From an uncultured Patescibacteria group bacterium (lineage in GTDB: Bacteria > Patescibacteriota > Microgenomatia > UBA1400 > PJMF01): a DNA stretch of 64,000 nt. A program made the position numbers and the translations under genes. Numbering within the stretch: position 1 is the stretch's first letter; each line of letters opens with the position of its first letter. Below are positions 19,067-28,481 of the stretch, piece after piece. Under the pieces are notes generated by a model. The model was not told the DNA's origin. It saw nothing but the letters and a program-made list of their open reading frames with translations, and did not search any database. The stretch covers positions 8,818 through 72,817 of the forward strand of contig CAJQIG010000001.1 of assembly GCA_905478415.1 (NCBI GenBank), read 5' to 3'.

Positions 19067-20578
19067 ATGCAAATTTCTAAATCCGACTACATGCTCTTTC
19101 TTCGCCATCCTGCATGGTTGTGGCTAAAGAAGTATGACAAAAATAAATTACCTCCAGTTGATGACAATACGCAAGCCATGTTTGATGCAGGTCATGACTT
19201 TGAACAATATGCTGAAAGCCTATTTCCCAATGGGGTTCGACTTGGGTTCAATAACTATGATGAGTACTTGAGTTTACCTGCTCGGACTCAGCAAGCTTTA
19301 CAACAAGGCGCAGAAGTTATTTTTCAGGGAAGGTTTGAAGTTGATAGCTTAACTTGTATAACTGACGTATTGTTCAAGCATCCTGATGGCACTTTTGATC
19401 TAATTGAGATCAAAGCCAGCACCAAAGCTAAGCCAGAATATGAATATGATCTTGCTTTTCAACTCTTGGTATTAGAAAAAGCAGGTCTAAAGATCCGCAA
19501 TGTAGCTGTGATGCATGCAAACAAAGAATATGTGCGTGAGGGGGAAATTGATCCTGCTGGTTTGGTTGAAAAAACAGATATTACAGATAAAGTTCGCACC
19601 TTGATGAGCTCTACACTTTTACAAGTAGATATGGCTCTTGAAGTTTTGGCAAATAAAACTATGCCAGATGTTTCACCAAGATATATCAATCAACTTGGTA
19701 TTCCAAACAAATCATCACAATGGCTTGAAGAATGGATGGAGATTTTCAAAAACATCAAAGGTGAATATGACACCTATTCCATTTACAACCTTGCCTATCC
19801 AAGCCCTGAGCAACTTGGGAAACTAGAAGATCTTGGTATTTCTTCAATTCACGATATGACGGAAGACCAAGCTTTAAGAGATAAACAAAGGGTGCAGATT
19901 AGAACCACGAAAACTGGTCAACGAATTATTGATAAAGATAAGATTAAAGCTTTCTTGGATACATTCCAGTATCCACTTTACTTCTTTGATTACGAAACAC
20001 TCTCAACAGTAGTTCCTCAATTTGATGGTTATAGTCCATACAAGGATTATCCATTCCAATACTCATTACATGTAATTGAAAGCTCAGGTGCAGAAGTAAA
20101 ACACTTGGAGTATTTGCACAACCAAGCCAGTGATCCAATGCCAGGATTACTAGCTCAGCTTAAGCAAGATATTGGCGATTCTGGTACTGTGATTGCCTGG
20201 AACATGAGTTATGAAAAAGGTTGTAATGATCGAATGGCTGAGTTGTTTCCAGAATATGCAGATTTCCTGGCAGACCTTAATGATCGTATAGATGATTTGA
20301 TGACCCCTTTTGCCAAGATGTGGTTTTTTGACAAAGATTTCTTTGGCAGTGCCTCGGTCAAGAAAGTTATGCCCGTTTTAGCACCTGAGTTAAGCTACAA
20401 AGAGCTCAATGTTTCTGATGGCTTACTAGCTCGCAGAATGTGGACACAAACCGTTTTGGAAGGAAAAAACAGAGAAAGACGACCAATGATTTTGGATGAT
20501 TTAAGTCGTTACTGTACACTTGATACTTTTGCGATGGTGAGGATATTGGAGGAGTTAAGAAAGATTGTTACTACCTAG
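19067..20578 (+). CDS. DUF2779-containing protein (PD-(D/E)XK nuclease-like N-terminus, RNase H-like C-terminus)
   Basis: ISKSDY, TDVL..DLIEIKAST..DLAFQ; FFDYET..PFQYSLH..GSASVKKV..YCTLDT. Confidence 0.8.
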   Translation: MQISKSDYMLFLRHPAWLWLKKYDKNKLPPVDDNTQAMFDAGHDFEQYAESLFPNGVRLGFNNYDEYLSLPARTQQALQQGAEVIFQGRFEVDSLTCITDVLFKHPDGTFDLIEIKASTKAKPEYEYDLAFQLLVLEKAGLKIRNVAVMHANKEYVREGEIDPAGLVEKTDITDKVRTLMSSTLLQVDMALEVLANKTMPDVSPRYINQLGIPNKSSQWLEEWMEIFKNIKGEYDTYSIYNLAYPSPEQLGKLEDLGISSIHDMTEDQALRDKQRVQIRTTKTGQRIIDKDKIKAFLDTFQYPLYFFDYETLSTVVPQFDGYSPYKDYPFQYSLHVIESSGAEVKHLEYLHNQASDPMPGLLAQLKQDIGDSGTVIAWNMSYEKGCNDRMAELFPEYADFLADLNDRIDDLMTPFAKMWFFDKDFFGSASVKKVMPVLAPELSYKELNVSDGLLARRMWTQTVLEGKNRERRPMILDDLSRYCTLDTFAMVRILEELRKIVTT

Positions 20579-20608
20579 TAAAAATGAAATGTAAGGTAAA
20601 ATTAAATT

Positions 20609-22858
20609 ATGGCTACATTATTTAAAGAGGTTAACTATAACTTATCAACACTGATTCAACAAATTGACTTAGGAATTATCGGATTACCCGACATTCAACG
20701 TCCTTTTGTATGGAAAGATACTAAAGTTAGAGATTTATTTGACTCTATGTATCGAGGGTATCCGGTTGGGTACTTCTTATTTTGGGCAAATGGTTATCAG
20801 GAAAATACTAAAACAATCGGTGATCAAAATAAACAAAAAGCAGCCCAGCTTCTTATTGTCGATGGACAGCAACGATTAACCTCACTTTTTGCTGTAATGA
20901 AGAGTAAAAGCATTATTCGTGAAAATTATGAAACAGAAAACATCGTTATTTCATTCAAGCCTCTTGAGGAGAAGTTTGAAATACCTGATGCTGCCACAAA
21001 AAGAAGTCCTGAATACATTCAAAATATATCTGAACTTTGGAGTCCAGATATTAACATCTTTTCATTCACTCAGAATTTTATCGAGAAACTACAACAAACT
21101 CGAGAACTATCTGGTCAGGAAATAAATCAAATTCAAGAATCAATCAGCAGACTAAAAAATTTGGAGCATTATCCATTTTCAGTTCTTGAACTATCAGCTG
21201 CTATTGATGAAGAACAAGTTGCTGATGTTTTTGTGAGAATTAATAGTCAAGGTAAAAAACTTAACACAACAGATTTTATCTTGACATTAATGTCTGTTTT
21301 CTGGGAGGAAGGAAGAAAAGATTTAGAAAACTTCTGTGCAAGCGCACGGCAACCAAACACAAGCGAAGCATCTGCATTCAATTACTTGATTACTCCAGAT
21401 CCAGAGCAAATGTTGAGAGTGAGCGTCGGTTTTGGTTTTAGAAGAGCAAGAATGAAGTATGTCTATAGTATCTTGAGGGGTAAAGATTTAGAAACTGAGG
21501 AATTTTCTGAAGAACGAAGAGATCAACAGTTTGAAAAATTAAAAAATGCTCAAGCAAAAGTCTTAAGTCTAACTAACTGGCATGAGTTCCTCAAAGCATT
21601 GCAAAGAGCAGGTTATGTACGCTCTGACTACATTAGTTCACAAGTAAATGTTCTTTATGTATACGCAATGTATTTAATTGGTAAGTATGATTTTGAGGTT
21701 CCACTGTTTGAACTGAGAGAAATAATTGCTAGATGGTTTTATATGACCTCACTTACAGGACGATATACTGGATCACCAGAATCTCAGATGGAGGCGGACT
21801 TGGCAAACTTAAGAGATATTTCTACAGCTGAAGAATTTGTTTCACTTCTGGATAAAATAATTGCAACTCAATTTACGAGTGACTTCTGGCAGATAAATCT
21901 TCCAAATGATTTAGCTACTAGTTCTTCAAGAAGTCCCTCTCTTTTTGCTTACTATGCTGCGCTAAATGTGTTGGATGCAAAGGGTTTGTTTTCTCAACTT
22001 AAGGTTTCAGATTTGCTTCATGCCGGATTGAAGTCAAATAAATCAGCACTAGAGAAGCATCATCTTTTCCCAAAAAATTACTTGGTGAACATAGGTATTG
22101 AAGATCAACGTGTTCGTAATCAAATTGCTAACTTTGCCTTAGTTGAATGGAGTGACAATATTAAGATTTCAGATAGTTCCCCGCAAGAGTATATGGAGAT
22201 CATGAAAGAACGATTCGATCATGATGAACTTCGTGAAATGTATTATTGGCACGCATTACCCGATGACTGGCAAAACATGAATTATGATGAATTTCTGGAG
22301 GTGAGAAGGCAAAAAATAGCAGATGTTATCCAAACTGGATATAACAAACTATCTAGCATAGATCCAGAGGTAGATGCTGAAATTACGTCAATAGATCAAT
22401 TAATTCAAGGTGGTGAGTCAGAAAATATCGAGTTTAAATCCACTATGCGCGTTAATCTCTATACAAATGCAAAAGATCAAAAAATTGAAATGGCTTTTCT
22501 AAAAACAATTGCAGCTTTTCTGAATACTAATGGAGGAGTACTTGTTGTCGGAGTAAATGATGATGGAGAGTCATTAGGCTTGGATCCTGATGGTTTTGAA
22601 AACAGTGATAAATTTTATCTACACGCTGTGAATCTTATTAGAGACAAAATGGGTTCAGAGAATGCTTTGTATATTCATCCTCAGTTTGAAGATTATGTGG
22701 GAAAGCAGATTTTCGTAGTTAAATGCAAACCTGCACTAAAACCTGTATATGTAAAAGACCAAGGTCAAGAAAAATTCTATGCAAGAACAGGAAATAGTAC
22801 TACTGAATTGAATGGTCGAGAGTTAGAGGACTATATTAATCTGAGGTTTAGAAGGTAG
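20609..22858 (+). CDS. GmrSD-like (DUF262 + HNH/DUF1524) protein fused to C-terminal AlbA_2/Schlafen-like domain
   Basis: LPDIQRPFVW, DGQQRLTS, FVRINSQG; HHLFPK..IANF..N; GESENIEFKST..AAFLNTNGG.LVVGV.D..YARTGNST. Confidence 0.85.
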   Translation: MATLFKEVNYNLSTLIQQIDLGIIGLPDIQRPFVWKDTKVRDLFDSMYRGYPVGYFLFWANGYQENTKTIGDQNKQKAAQLLIVDGQQRLTSLFAVMKSKSIIRENYETENIVISFKPLEEKFEIPDAATKRSPEYIQNISELWSPDINIFSFTQNFIEKLQQTRELSGQEINQIQESISRLKNLEHYPFSVLELSAAIDEEQVADVFVRINSQGKKLNTTDFILTLMSVFWEEGRKDLENFCASARQPNTSEASAFNYLITPDPEQMLRVSVGFGFRRARMKYVYSILRGKDLETEEFSEERRDQQFEKLKNAQAKVLSLTNWHEFLKALQRAGYVRSDYISSQVNVLYVYAMYLIGKYDFEVPLFELREIIARWFYMTSLTGRYTGSPESQMEADLANLRDISTAEEFVSLLDKIIATQFTSDFWQINLPNDLATSSSRSPSLFAYYAALNVLDAKGLFSQLKVSDLLHAGLKSNKSALEKHHLFPKNYLVNIGIEDQRVRNQIANFALVEWSDNIKISDSSPQEYMEIMKERFDHDELREMYYWHALPDDWQNMNYDEFLEVRRQKIADVIQTGYNKLSSIDPEVDAEITSIDQLIQGGESENIEFKSTMRVNLYTNAKDQKIEMAFLKTIAAFLNTNGGVLVVGVNDDGESLGLDPDGFENSDKFYLHAVNLIRDKMGSENALYIHPQFEDYVGKQIFVVKCKPALKPVYVKDQGQEKFYARTGNSTTELNGRELEDYINLRFRR

Positions 22859-22861
22859 TGT

Positions 22862-23233
22862 ATGAAAATTGATGAAGCTGTAATTGCGTTTAAACTAAAT
22901 AAAACCTACAAACCCACAATGACTCCGATGCAACTCTATGATGCAACAAGGCATTCATGGAAGGTGGGAGAAAGAAGAAACTCAGCAGAGTATGCTTTTG
23001 CTGTATTTCAGGGAGAAGTTAAGGAAGTATACAAAATTGCTATTTGGCTTCCTCAAAACTCAACATTAAATACGAAAGATAAGGAAAACATTGAGGATAA
23101 AACTATAAATACTGATAGATGGGAATTTGTTGGTACAATTGCACCTGAGAAAATCAGATATAAATATATTGGAAAAGATATATCTGATTTTTTCAAAAGT
23201 AAACAAAATCCAGTTGCTTATATCAACTGCTAA
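22862..23233 (+). CDS. Hypothetical protein resembling the C-terminal domain of LEM-3-like GIY-YIG proteins
   Basis: LYDATRHSWKV..YAFAVFQG.VKEVY.I..W..RWEF.G..QNP..Y pattern; 3 nt after the GmrSD stop. Confidence 0.55.
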   Translation: MKIDEAVIAFKLNKTYKPTMTPMQLYDATRHSWKVGERRNSAEYAFAVFQGEVKEVYKIAIWLPQNSTLNTKDKENIEDKTINTDRWEFVGTIAPEKIRYKYIGKDISDFFKSKQNPVAYINC

Positions 23234-23685
23234 AACACTTTAAATTCAATAGCAATGCCAGCATTCTCACAAACTTTTGCTATAAAACTATCTCGATCTG
23301 CTCTTCTCGATTGTTTATGGGTGAAATCATTAAGCTCGATTAACTGAACTGTCTCAAGTGTATTTTTATCAACGAGTACAAAATCAATAGATTTTTTGTT
23401 GATTTTATTCCAATGCGTATAGAAGTTTTTTTGATCCGTTGTTTTTACGAGTTTATCCAGCTTAACCTGTGGGAAGATGTAATAATTTTGTGCATACTGC
23501 TGTTCTAGCTGACGAAAGTATTTTTGTTCGGAGGGAGTCATGATTGAATGAGTTTTTTCATACGGTAAGTACGAGTCCTTATTAGCTTTTAAAGCACGTT
23601 TTAAAAGTCTGAAAAGAACAGCTATAGTAAAAAGCGCTAGTAAATATGGAAACAGTGAAATAAGTGGTTGAAACAAATCTGACAT
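23230..23685 (-). CDS. DUF2726 domain protein with N-terminal TM anchor
   Basis: MTPSE..F..IFPQVKL..DFVLVD..IELND.TH..RD.F..C..AGI. Confidence 0.85.
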   Translation of the reverse strand: MSDLFQPLISLFPYLLALFTIAVLFRLLKRALKANKDSYLPYEKTHSIMTPSEQKYFRQLEQQYAQNYYIFPQVKLDKLVKTTDQKNFYTHWNKINKKSIDFVLVDKNTLETVQLIELNDFTHKQSRRADRDSFIAKVCENAGIAIEFKVF

Positions 23686-23847
23686 AGATTCAGTATAGCA
23701 ATCTCTTGAGTTTTAGTGTGGAGCAATGAGTTTAATACTTATTTGCTCTAAGAGATTAATGGGTTGTCGTATCTCCCATCACACTATTGATATAAAGAAA
23801 CAAAAGAACAATATGTTAGTAGTAAATCTGATAGAATGTGAGTACTT

Positions 23848-24345
23848 ATGAAAATTACTAAATTACCAATGTCAAGGTGGCTCGATTATAAAAACCTCTA
23901 TATGGAGTCCATTGCTAATTCACCACAAGCATTTTTGTGGACTAAAGAAGAAATAGGTTCGAAAGAAGATTCCGAGTGGCAAGGTAGAATAAAAAATATG
24001 TTTTTTGCAATTACTGGTGATGAAAAACTTGTCGGTATGGCTGGGTTTTATTGTGAGGAAAAGAAAAAACTGGCACATATAGCAAACATCGTACGTGTAT
24101 ATGTGAGCCCAGAATGTAGAGGAAAAGGAATTGGGAAACAATTACTATTGACTGTTATTGAAGATATAAAATCTAAGCCAGAGATAAAGAAACTTCAATT
24201 AGGAGTCATTGCTACTCAAAATGCTGCTTATAACTTATACAAATCAGTTGGTTTTAAAAAAATAGGTGAACAAAAAATGGCTATAAGTGTTGACGATGAA
24301 TTCTATGATAAATATTTATTGGAAATGATATTAAATGAAGACTAG
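23848..24345 (+). CDS. GNAT family N-acetyltransferase
   Basis: VYVSPECRGKGIGKQLL motif A; N.AA.NLYKSVGF. Confidence 0.9.
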   Translation: MKITKLPMSRWLDYKNLYMESIANSPQAFLWTKEEIGSKEDSEWQGRIKNMFFAITGDEKLVGMAGFYCEEKKKLAHIANIVRVYVSPECRGKGIGKQLLLTVIEDIKSKPEIKKLQLGVIATQNAAYNLYKSVGFKKIGEQKMAISVDDEFYDKYLLEMILNED

Positions 24346-24467
24346 TACTTCATTGATACAATAATGACTTCTCAGTAGAAAAACTCTTATACTGAAAAGT
24401 TACTGCCTAATTGCTTTGAGAGTTTCTCAGAGCAATTCGAATTATTATTAAAAGATTAAAAAGAGAT

Positions 24468-24512
24468 GCTACATGACTCAATCAATCGTTTGATCAAATA
24501 AAGTCATGTAGC
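24468..24512 (-). terminator. 11-bp inverted repeat downstream of the sugar/radical SAM operon
   Basis: GCTACATGACT (24468-78) / AGTCATGTAGC (24502-12); T-rich run follows on the minus strand. Confidence 0.5.
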
Positions 24513-24541
24513 GGTTTGTTAGTCTGTCTCTTTGGATTTAA

Positions 24542-25483
24542 CTATTCGTCATGCTGGTGCGAATACCATTTGACGAGTTTATTTAATCCTTGTTCTAAAG
24601 ATATTGTCGGTTTCCAATTTAGCATATTCATGCTTTTTGTACTGCATACACTGTAACGAAAATCTTGGCCGAGTCTATCTGGTATATACTCGACTGCTGT
24701 TTCTAGCTTTTTGCTCATGATTTTGGCAACAATACTCACCACTTCGAGGTTCGTATGTTCAGCTTCCATCCCTAAAGCAAAAGATTCGCCATGAAATGAC
24801 GAATGTAAAATTTTCATTACACCTTGAACGGCATCACTAACATGTAGCCATGTTCTGATTTGATTTCCATCACCATGAAGACCCATGCGTTCGTTCGCCA
24901 TGAATCGTACAATGGTTTTAGGGATCAGACGCTCTGGGTACATCCAAGGGCCGTAAAGATTTGTAAAGTGAACGATGTTGTAATTTAGGTTGAAGGTATT
25001 TCCAAATGATCGTACCAAGTGGTCGCCTGCTGCTTTAGTTGCAGCATATGGATTTCTTGGCAGGTATGGAGAATCTTCTGTGAATGATCCTTCAAGGATA
25101 TCACCCCAAACTTCATCGGTTGATGCATGTATTAATCTGCAACGAAAACCATCTTGTTTGATAGCCTCAAGTAAGCTTAACACACCCAGAACGTTTGTAT
25201 CAACGAATGGGCGTGCATTGCTAATTGAGTTATCAACAAAGGCTTGTGCCGCAAGGTTAATAACAACATCAGATTGACGAACTAGCCCGCGCATCAAATT
25301 GGTATCACAGATATCACCTTTGATAAAGGATGATTTGTTACCCAATTTTTCGATCACAGGTAAATTTGCCGTGTAACAAAGGTTGTCAACAATGATGATT
25401 TTTGTTACAGCTTCGTCTTTTTCAAGTAGCTCAAGCAGGTTTGATCCCACAAAGCCAAGTCCACCAGTCAATAGAATTCTCAT
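24542..25483 (-). CDS. dTDP-glucose 4,6-dehydratase-like (RfbB/RmlB family) SDR
   Basis: LTGGLGFVG, NLAAQAFVDNSI, STDEVWG, YAATK, NLYGP, DRLGQDFRY. Confidence 0.85.
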   Translation of the reverse strand: MRILLTGGLGFVGSNLLELLEKDEAVTKIIIVDNLCYTANLPVIEKLGNKSSFIKGDICDTNLMRGLVRQSDVVINLAAQAFVDNSISNARPFVDTNVLGVLSLLEAIKQDGFRCRLIHASTDEVWGDILEGSFTEDSPYLPRNPYAATKAAGDHLVRSFGNTFNLNYNIVHFTNLYGPWMYPERLIPKTIVRFMANERMGLHGDGNQIRTWLHVSDAVQGVMKILHSSFHGESFALGMEAEHTNLEVVSIVAKIMSKKLETAVEYIPDRLGQDFRYSVCSTKSMNMLNWKPTISLEQGLNKLVKWYSHQHDE

Positions 25484-25494
25484 TCCTGCACCTT

Positions 25495-26760
25495 TTAGAT
25501 TTGGGCTAAAGCTTCATATTCTTCTTCTGAAAGAATAGAGACTTTACTGGTTACGGTATCGAACATAAAGCCAAAACCATTTTCCTTACGGAGACGGTAT
25601 TGACCTTTGTTGGCCGTAAAGATTGGTTTGAAAGTTTCCAGTGTTTGTCCATAATCAAACAAAGGAAGATGGCCAATTACAATTTCATCTAGTTCCTCAT
25701 ATTCTCGCTCTGAAATAGCAACTGCCACATCTTGATTTGATGCTCCAACTTCTGCAATATCTTGCTGAATCAGCTCGATATTATCACCAATATGGAATTT
25801 TCTGGTTACTTCTTCTTCTGTTGTGAAACGGTGTTGCAACCAGTTGGTGACTTTAGGGCCATATCCGTCAAAGATTTGAGTCAATGGAGTTTCATTAATG
25901 TTGCCCAATGTTTCATCAAATCGCCACGTGCGACCCCAAGTGCAGATATTTGTGCGCACATTTCCATCAGGACGCACAATGGTTAACCACCCTTTGAAGC
26001 GCTCAACAAATTTATGCATGTTCAACGTTCGACTGGTCATTTCATTAACCAACGTATCATTGAAAACAAGCAAAAATTGTGAGGGATCTATGTGTGCATT
26101 CATACTATCTGCTTCCATTTTGATTTTGGTAAATTGATCCTGTGTCAATCCATCAAAACCATTCATGGCATGGCCGGTAAAGCACACTGGGGTTAGGTGA
26201 TGTTGACGTACGCCAATTTTCATTAACAGCTCTGTTAATTCTTGCCACCCAATATGGGAATTTTGGTCAAGAACGCTGATCACTGTAATGTTATCAACAA
26301 CATCTTTCAGTCGTTGTAGGTTTGTAATTGTGCGTTGGTACATACCCTTACCACGGTTACGGTCATGAGAATCTTCTAGACCATCTAAACTGACAATAAT
26401 GCGTTTGAGATTTTTAGTTCTCTCCAGAATTGCCAGAGTTCGATCAGTTACGGTTGTGGCATTGGTAATAATTTGCAGACTGGTAAAATCAAGGTCTTGC
26501 GAAGCATCTGCGAGTGCTTCTAAGCCTTGCCACATAAGTGGTTCCCCACCTGTTACATTAATATCAAAGCAACGCATTGCTTCTGCCGTTGCCAAGATTT
26601 CTGGAACTTTGTCTGCTGAAACTGCTGGGCCTTTATAGAAGGGGCCAGCAGAGGCATGACAGTACCAACAAGATAAATTGCATTTTCTTGTTGTATCCAG
26701 ATTAATATGAATGGGGGTTGAGGGTTGATCTAACGTAAATATTCTGCCATTTGTGTTCAT
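25495..26760 (-). CDS. Radical SAM protein with degenerate twitch/SPASM region
   Basis: CNLSCWYC (CX3CX2C), TGGEP, ITNAT, VSLDG..HD.NRG; IVRPDGNV..C..LGNI..PL.QIF. Confidence 0.9.
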   Translation of the reverse strand: MNTNGRIFTLDQPSTPIHINLDTTRKCNLSCWYCHASAGPFYKGPAVSADKVPEILATAEAMRCFDINVTGGEPLMWQGLEALADASQDLDFTSLQIITNATTVTDRTLAILERTKNLKRIIVSLDGLEDSHDRNRGKGMYQRTITNLQRLKDVVDNITVISVLDQNSHIGWQELTELLMKIGVRQHHLTPVCFTGHAMNGFDGLTQDQFTKIKMEADSMNAHIDPSQFLLVFNDTLVNEMTSRTLNMHKFVERFKGWLTIVRPDGNVRTNICTWGRTWRFDETLGNINETPLTQIFDGYGPKVTNWLQHRFTTEEEVTRKFHIGDNIELIQQDIAEVGASNQDVAVAISEREYEELDEIVIGHLPLFDYGQTLETFKPIFTANKGQYRLRKENGFGFMFDTVTSKVSILSEEEYEALAQI

Positions 26761-26795
26761 TTTTTATTTCACCTTTTGTTTGAACTTTGAAAAGA

Positions 26796-27746
26796 TCAGG
26801 ATAGTTCTTCTGTCCAGAAAGTAATCATGCTTTGGACAAGGTCAGAAAGATGCAAAGCAGGTTCCCAACCAAGCATACGGAGTTTTGAGTTGTCGCCACC
26901 AGATACAGCATCAGGGCCATATCGAGTAATTGACGGATCAACAACAATGTTTGGAGCAACTCCAGTTTGTTTTGCAAGTTCATCAATAAATGCTTCCAGT
27001 GTTAGGTCTTCGCCATAACAAACGTTATACGCTTCACCTGTAACACCATTTTGCAGTATAGCGAAACTTGCATCGGCCCAGTTAACAGCTTGTTGTACAT
27101 CTCGTGCGTAATGCAAACTGGGAATTTGGATATCAATAGCATTCACACCATCCAATTTTGCCTGTACCATTGTTTTTGCAATGGTTGGATGAATACCACT
27201 TACTCGGCCGGGACCATTATGGTTATAAACAACGGCCTCTACAATATCTAAGCCAAATTGTTTCTGATAAGCATGTCCCAAAATACGGTCGTACATTTTA
27301 GATGCTGAATACGCATCTTTAGAACGCACTGGGGCATTTTCATCTTTTTTATTGGCAGGTCCACCATAGAGTGCGGCTGAAGTGGTGATTAAAACTCGTG
27401 CATCACTTGCATACAGACGCACAGCCTCTAAAATGGACAGTGTACATAATCCATTGTTGCGCAAAGTCAATGCGGGTGTTTTGTGTTCACCCTGATAAAC
27501 TTTCGCGGCAAGATGGATAACAAACTTGGGCTGGAATTCTTGTAAGATTGTATCAATTTCGCTATCGAGTGCTGTGAGGTCACAAACACGTCCAGTGAAA
27601 CCTGAATATGTTTCTTCCAAAGCAAGCAACTTTTCAGCATTACGGCCAATGCCTACAACTTGATAGCCTTCGGCAATTGCTTTTTCAATATGATACTTTC
27701 CACTAAAACCAGTTACACCCGTGATTAAAACAGTTGTTTGTGTCAT
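26796..27746 (-). CDS. NDP-sugar epimerase/dehydratase/reductase (GMD/RMD-like SDR)
   Basis: ITGVTGFSG, IHLAA, TSAALYG, YSASK, YNHNGPGR. Confidence 0.85.
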   Translation of the reverse strand: MTQTTVLITGVTGFSGKYHIEKAIAEGYQVVGIGRNAEKLLALEETYSGFTGRVCDLTALDSEIDTILQEFQPKFVIHLAAKVYQGEHKTPALTLRNNGLCTLSILEAVRLYASDARVLITTSAALYGGPANKKDENAPVRSKDAYSASKMYDRILGHAYQKQFGLDIVEAVVYNHNGPGRVSGIHPTIAKTMVQAKLDGVNAIDIQIPSLHYARDVQQAVNWADASFAILQNGVTGEAYNVCYGEDLTLEAFIDELAKQTGVAPNIVVDPSITRYGPDAVSGGDNSKLRMLGWEPALHLSDLVQSMITFWTEELS

Positions 27747-27924
27747 TTTCTATTTCACCTTTTGTTTGAGTTTGTTTGAAATTATCTTTATCTTCAATTT
27801 TTAACGAACAATATCTGTGTGAACAGACTAACAGCCGATAATTATAACACAAAAGGACTAATTTTACTCAAGTAAAATAAAAAATATGTGATAATTTTGA
27901 GAAAATATGAAAAATTATTATGAC

Positions 27925-28410
27925 TTATTTATTGTTTTTGATTAGATCAACAACATTCCAACATGATTTATGAATATCATTGATGTCTAGTTTATCCAAG
28001 TCAAAAAAGTTGATTTCAACTGATTCAGTATCTATGATTTTCAGATTTCCACCAACTTTTTTTACAAGGTAAAAAACTAAAATTCCATGAGCATCTTCAG
28101 CACCTGTAGTAAAAAAACTATCCTCAACTGATAGCAATTTATCCAGTTCAACATCTAAGCCTGTTTCTTCTTTGAATTCTCTAATAAGAGCTACAGGAAT
28201 TGTTTCATCAATTTCAACACCGCCACCAGGTAAGTCAAATTTATCTATTGAAGGATGGCGCTTAAATAAAATCTTGTTATCTTCTATTAAAACCCCATAG
28301 GCACTTGCTCTAAACTTAAAGTTTGCTAAGTTTCTTTCATGTTTATTTCCTGCAAAATCGTATGCAGTGATAGTTTTGTTTTTTGGTGTGTTAAATAGTG
28401 TATCTTCCAT
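27925..28410 (-). CDS. NUDIX hydrolase
   Basis: LPGGGVEIDETIPVALIREFKEETGL Nudix box. Confidence 0.92.
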   Translation of the reverse strand: MEDTLFNTPKNKTITAYDFAGNKHERNLANFKFRASAYGVLIEDNKILFKRHPSIDKFDLPGGGVEIDETIPVALIREFKEETGLDVELDKLLSVEDSFFTTGAEDAHGILVFYLVKKVGGNLKIIDTESVEINFFDLDKLDINDIHKSCWNVVDLIKNNK

Positions 28411-28481
28411 ATCAATTCCTAGCTGAACATTACATTATAAGATTCTACACTTCACTGGGTTTTTAATAAAGAATAGAAATT

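Noticed and set aside
19067-20578. Cas4 / CRISPR-Cas system
   Set aside because: No cas1/cas2, no four-Cys Fe-S motif typical of Cas4, and no repeat-spacer array seen anywhere in the window.
24346-24541. RiPP precursor peptide for the radical SAM enzyme
   Set aside because: No plausible small ORF with an RBS here or in 27747-27924.
25495-26760. Prokaryotic viperin
   Set aside because: Only the generic CX3CX2C and GGEP motifs are shared. The length, twitch-like region and SDR context do not match viperin.
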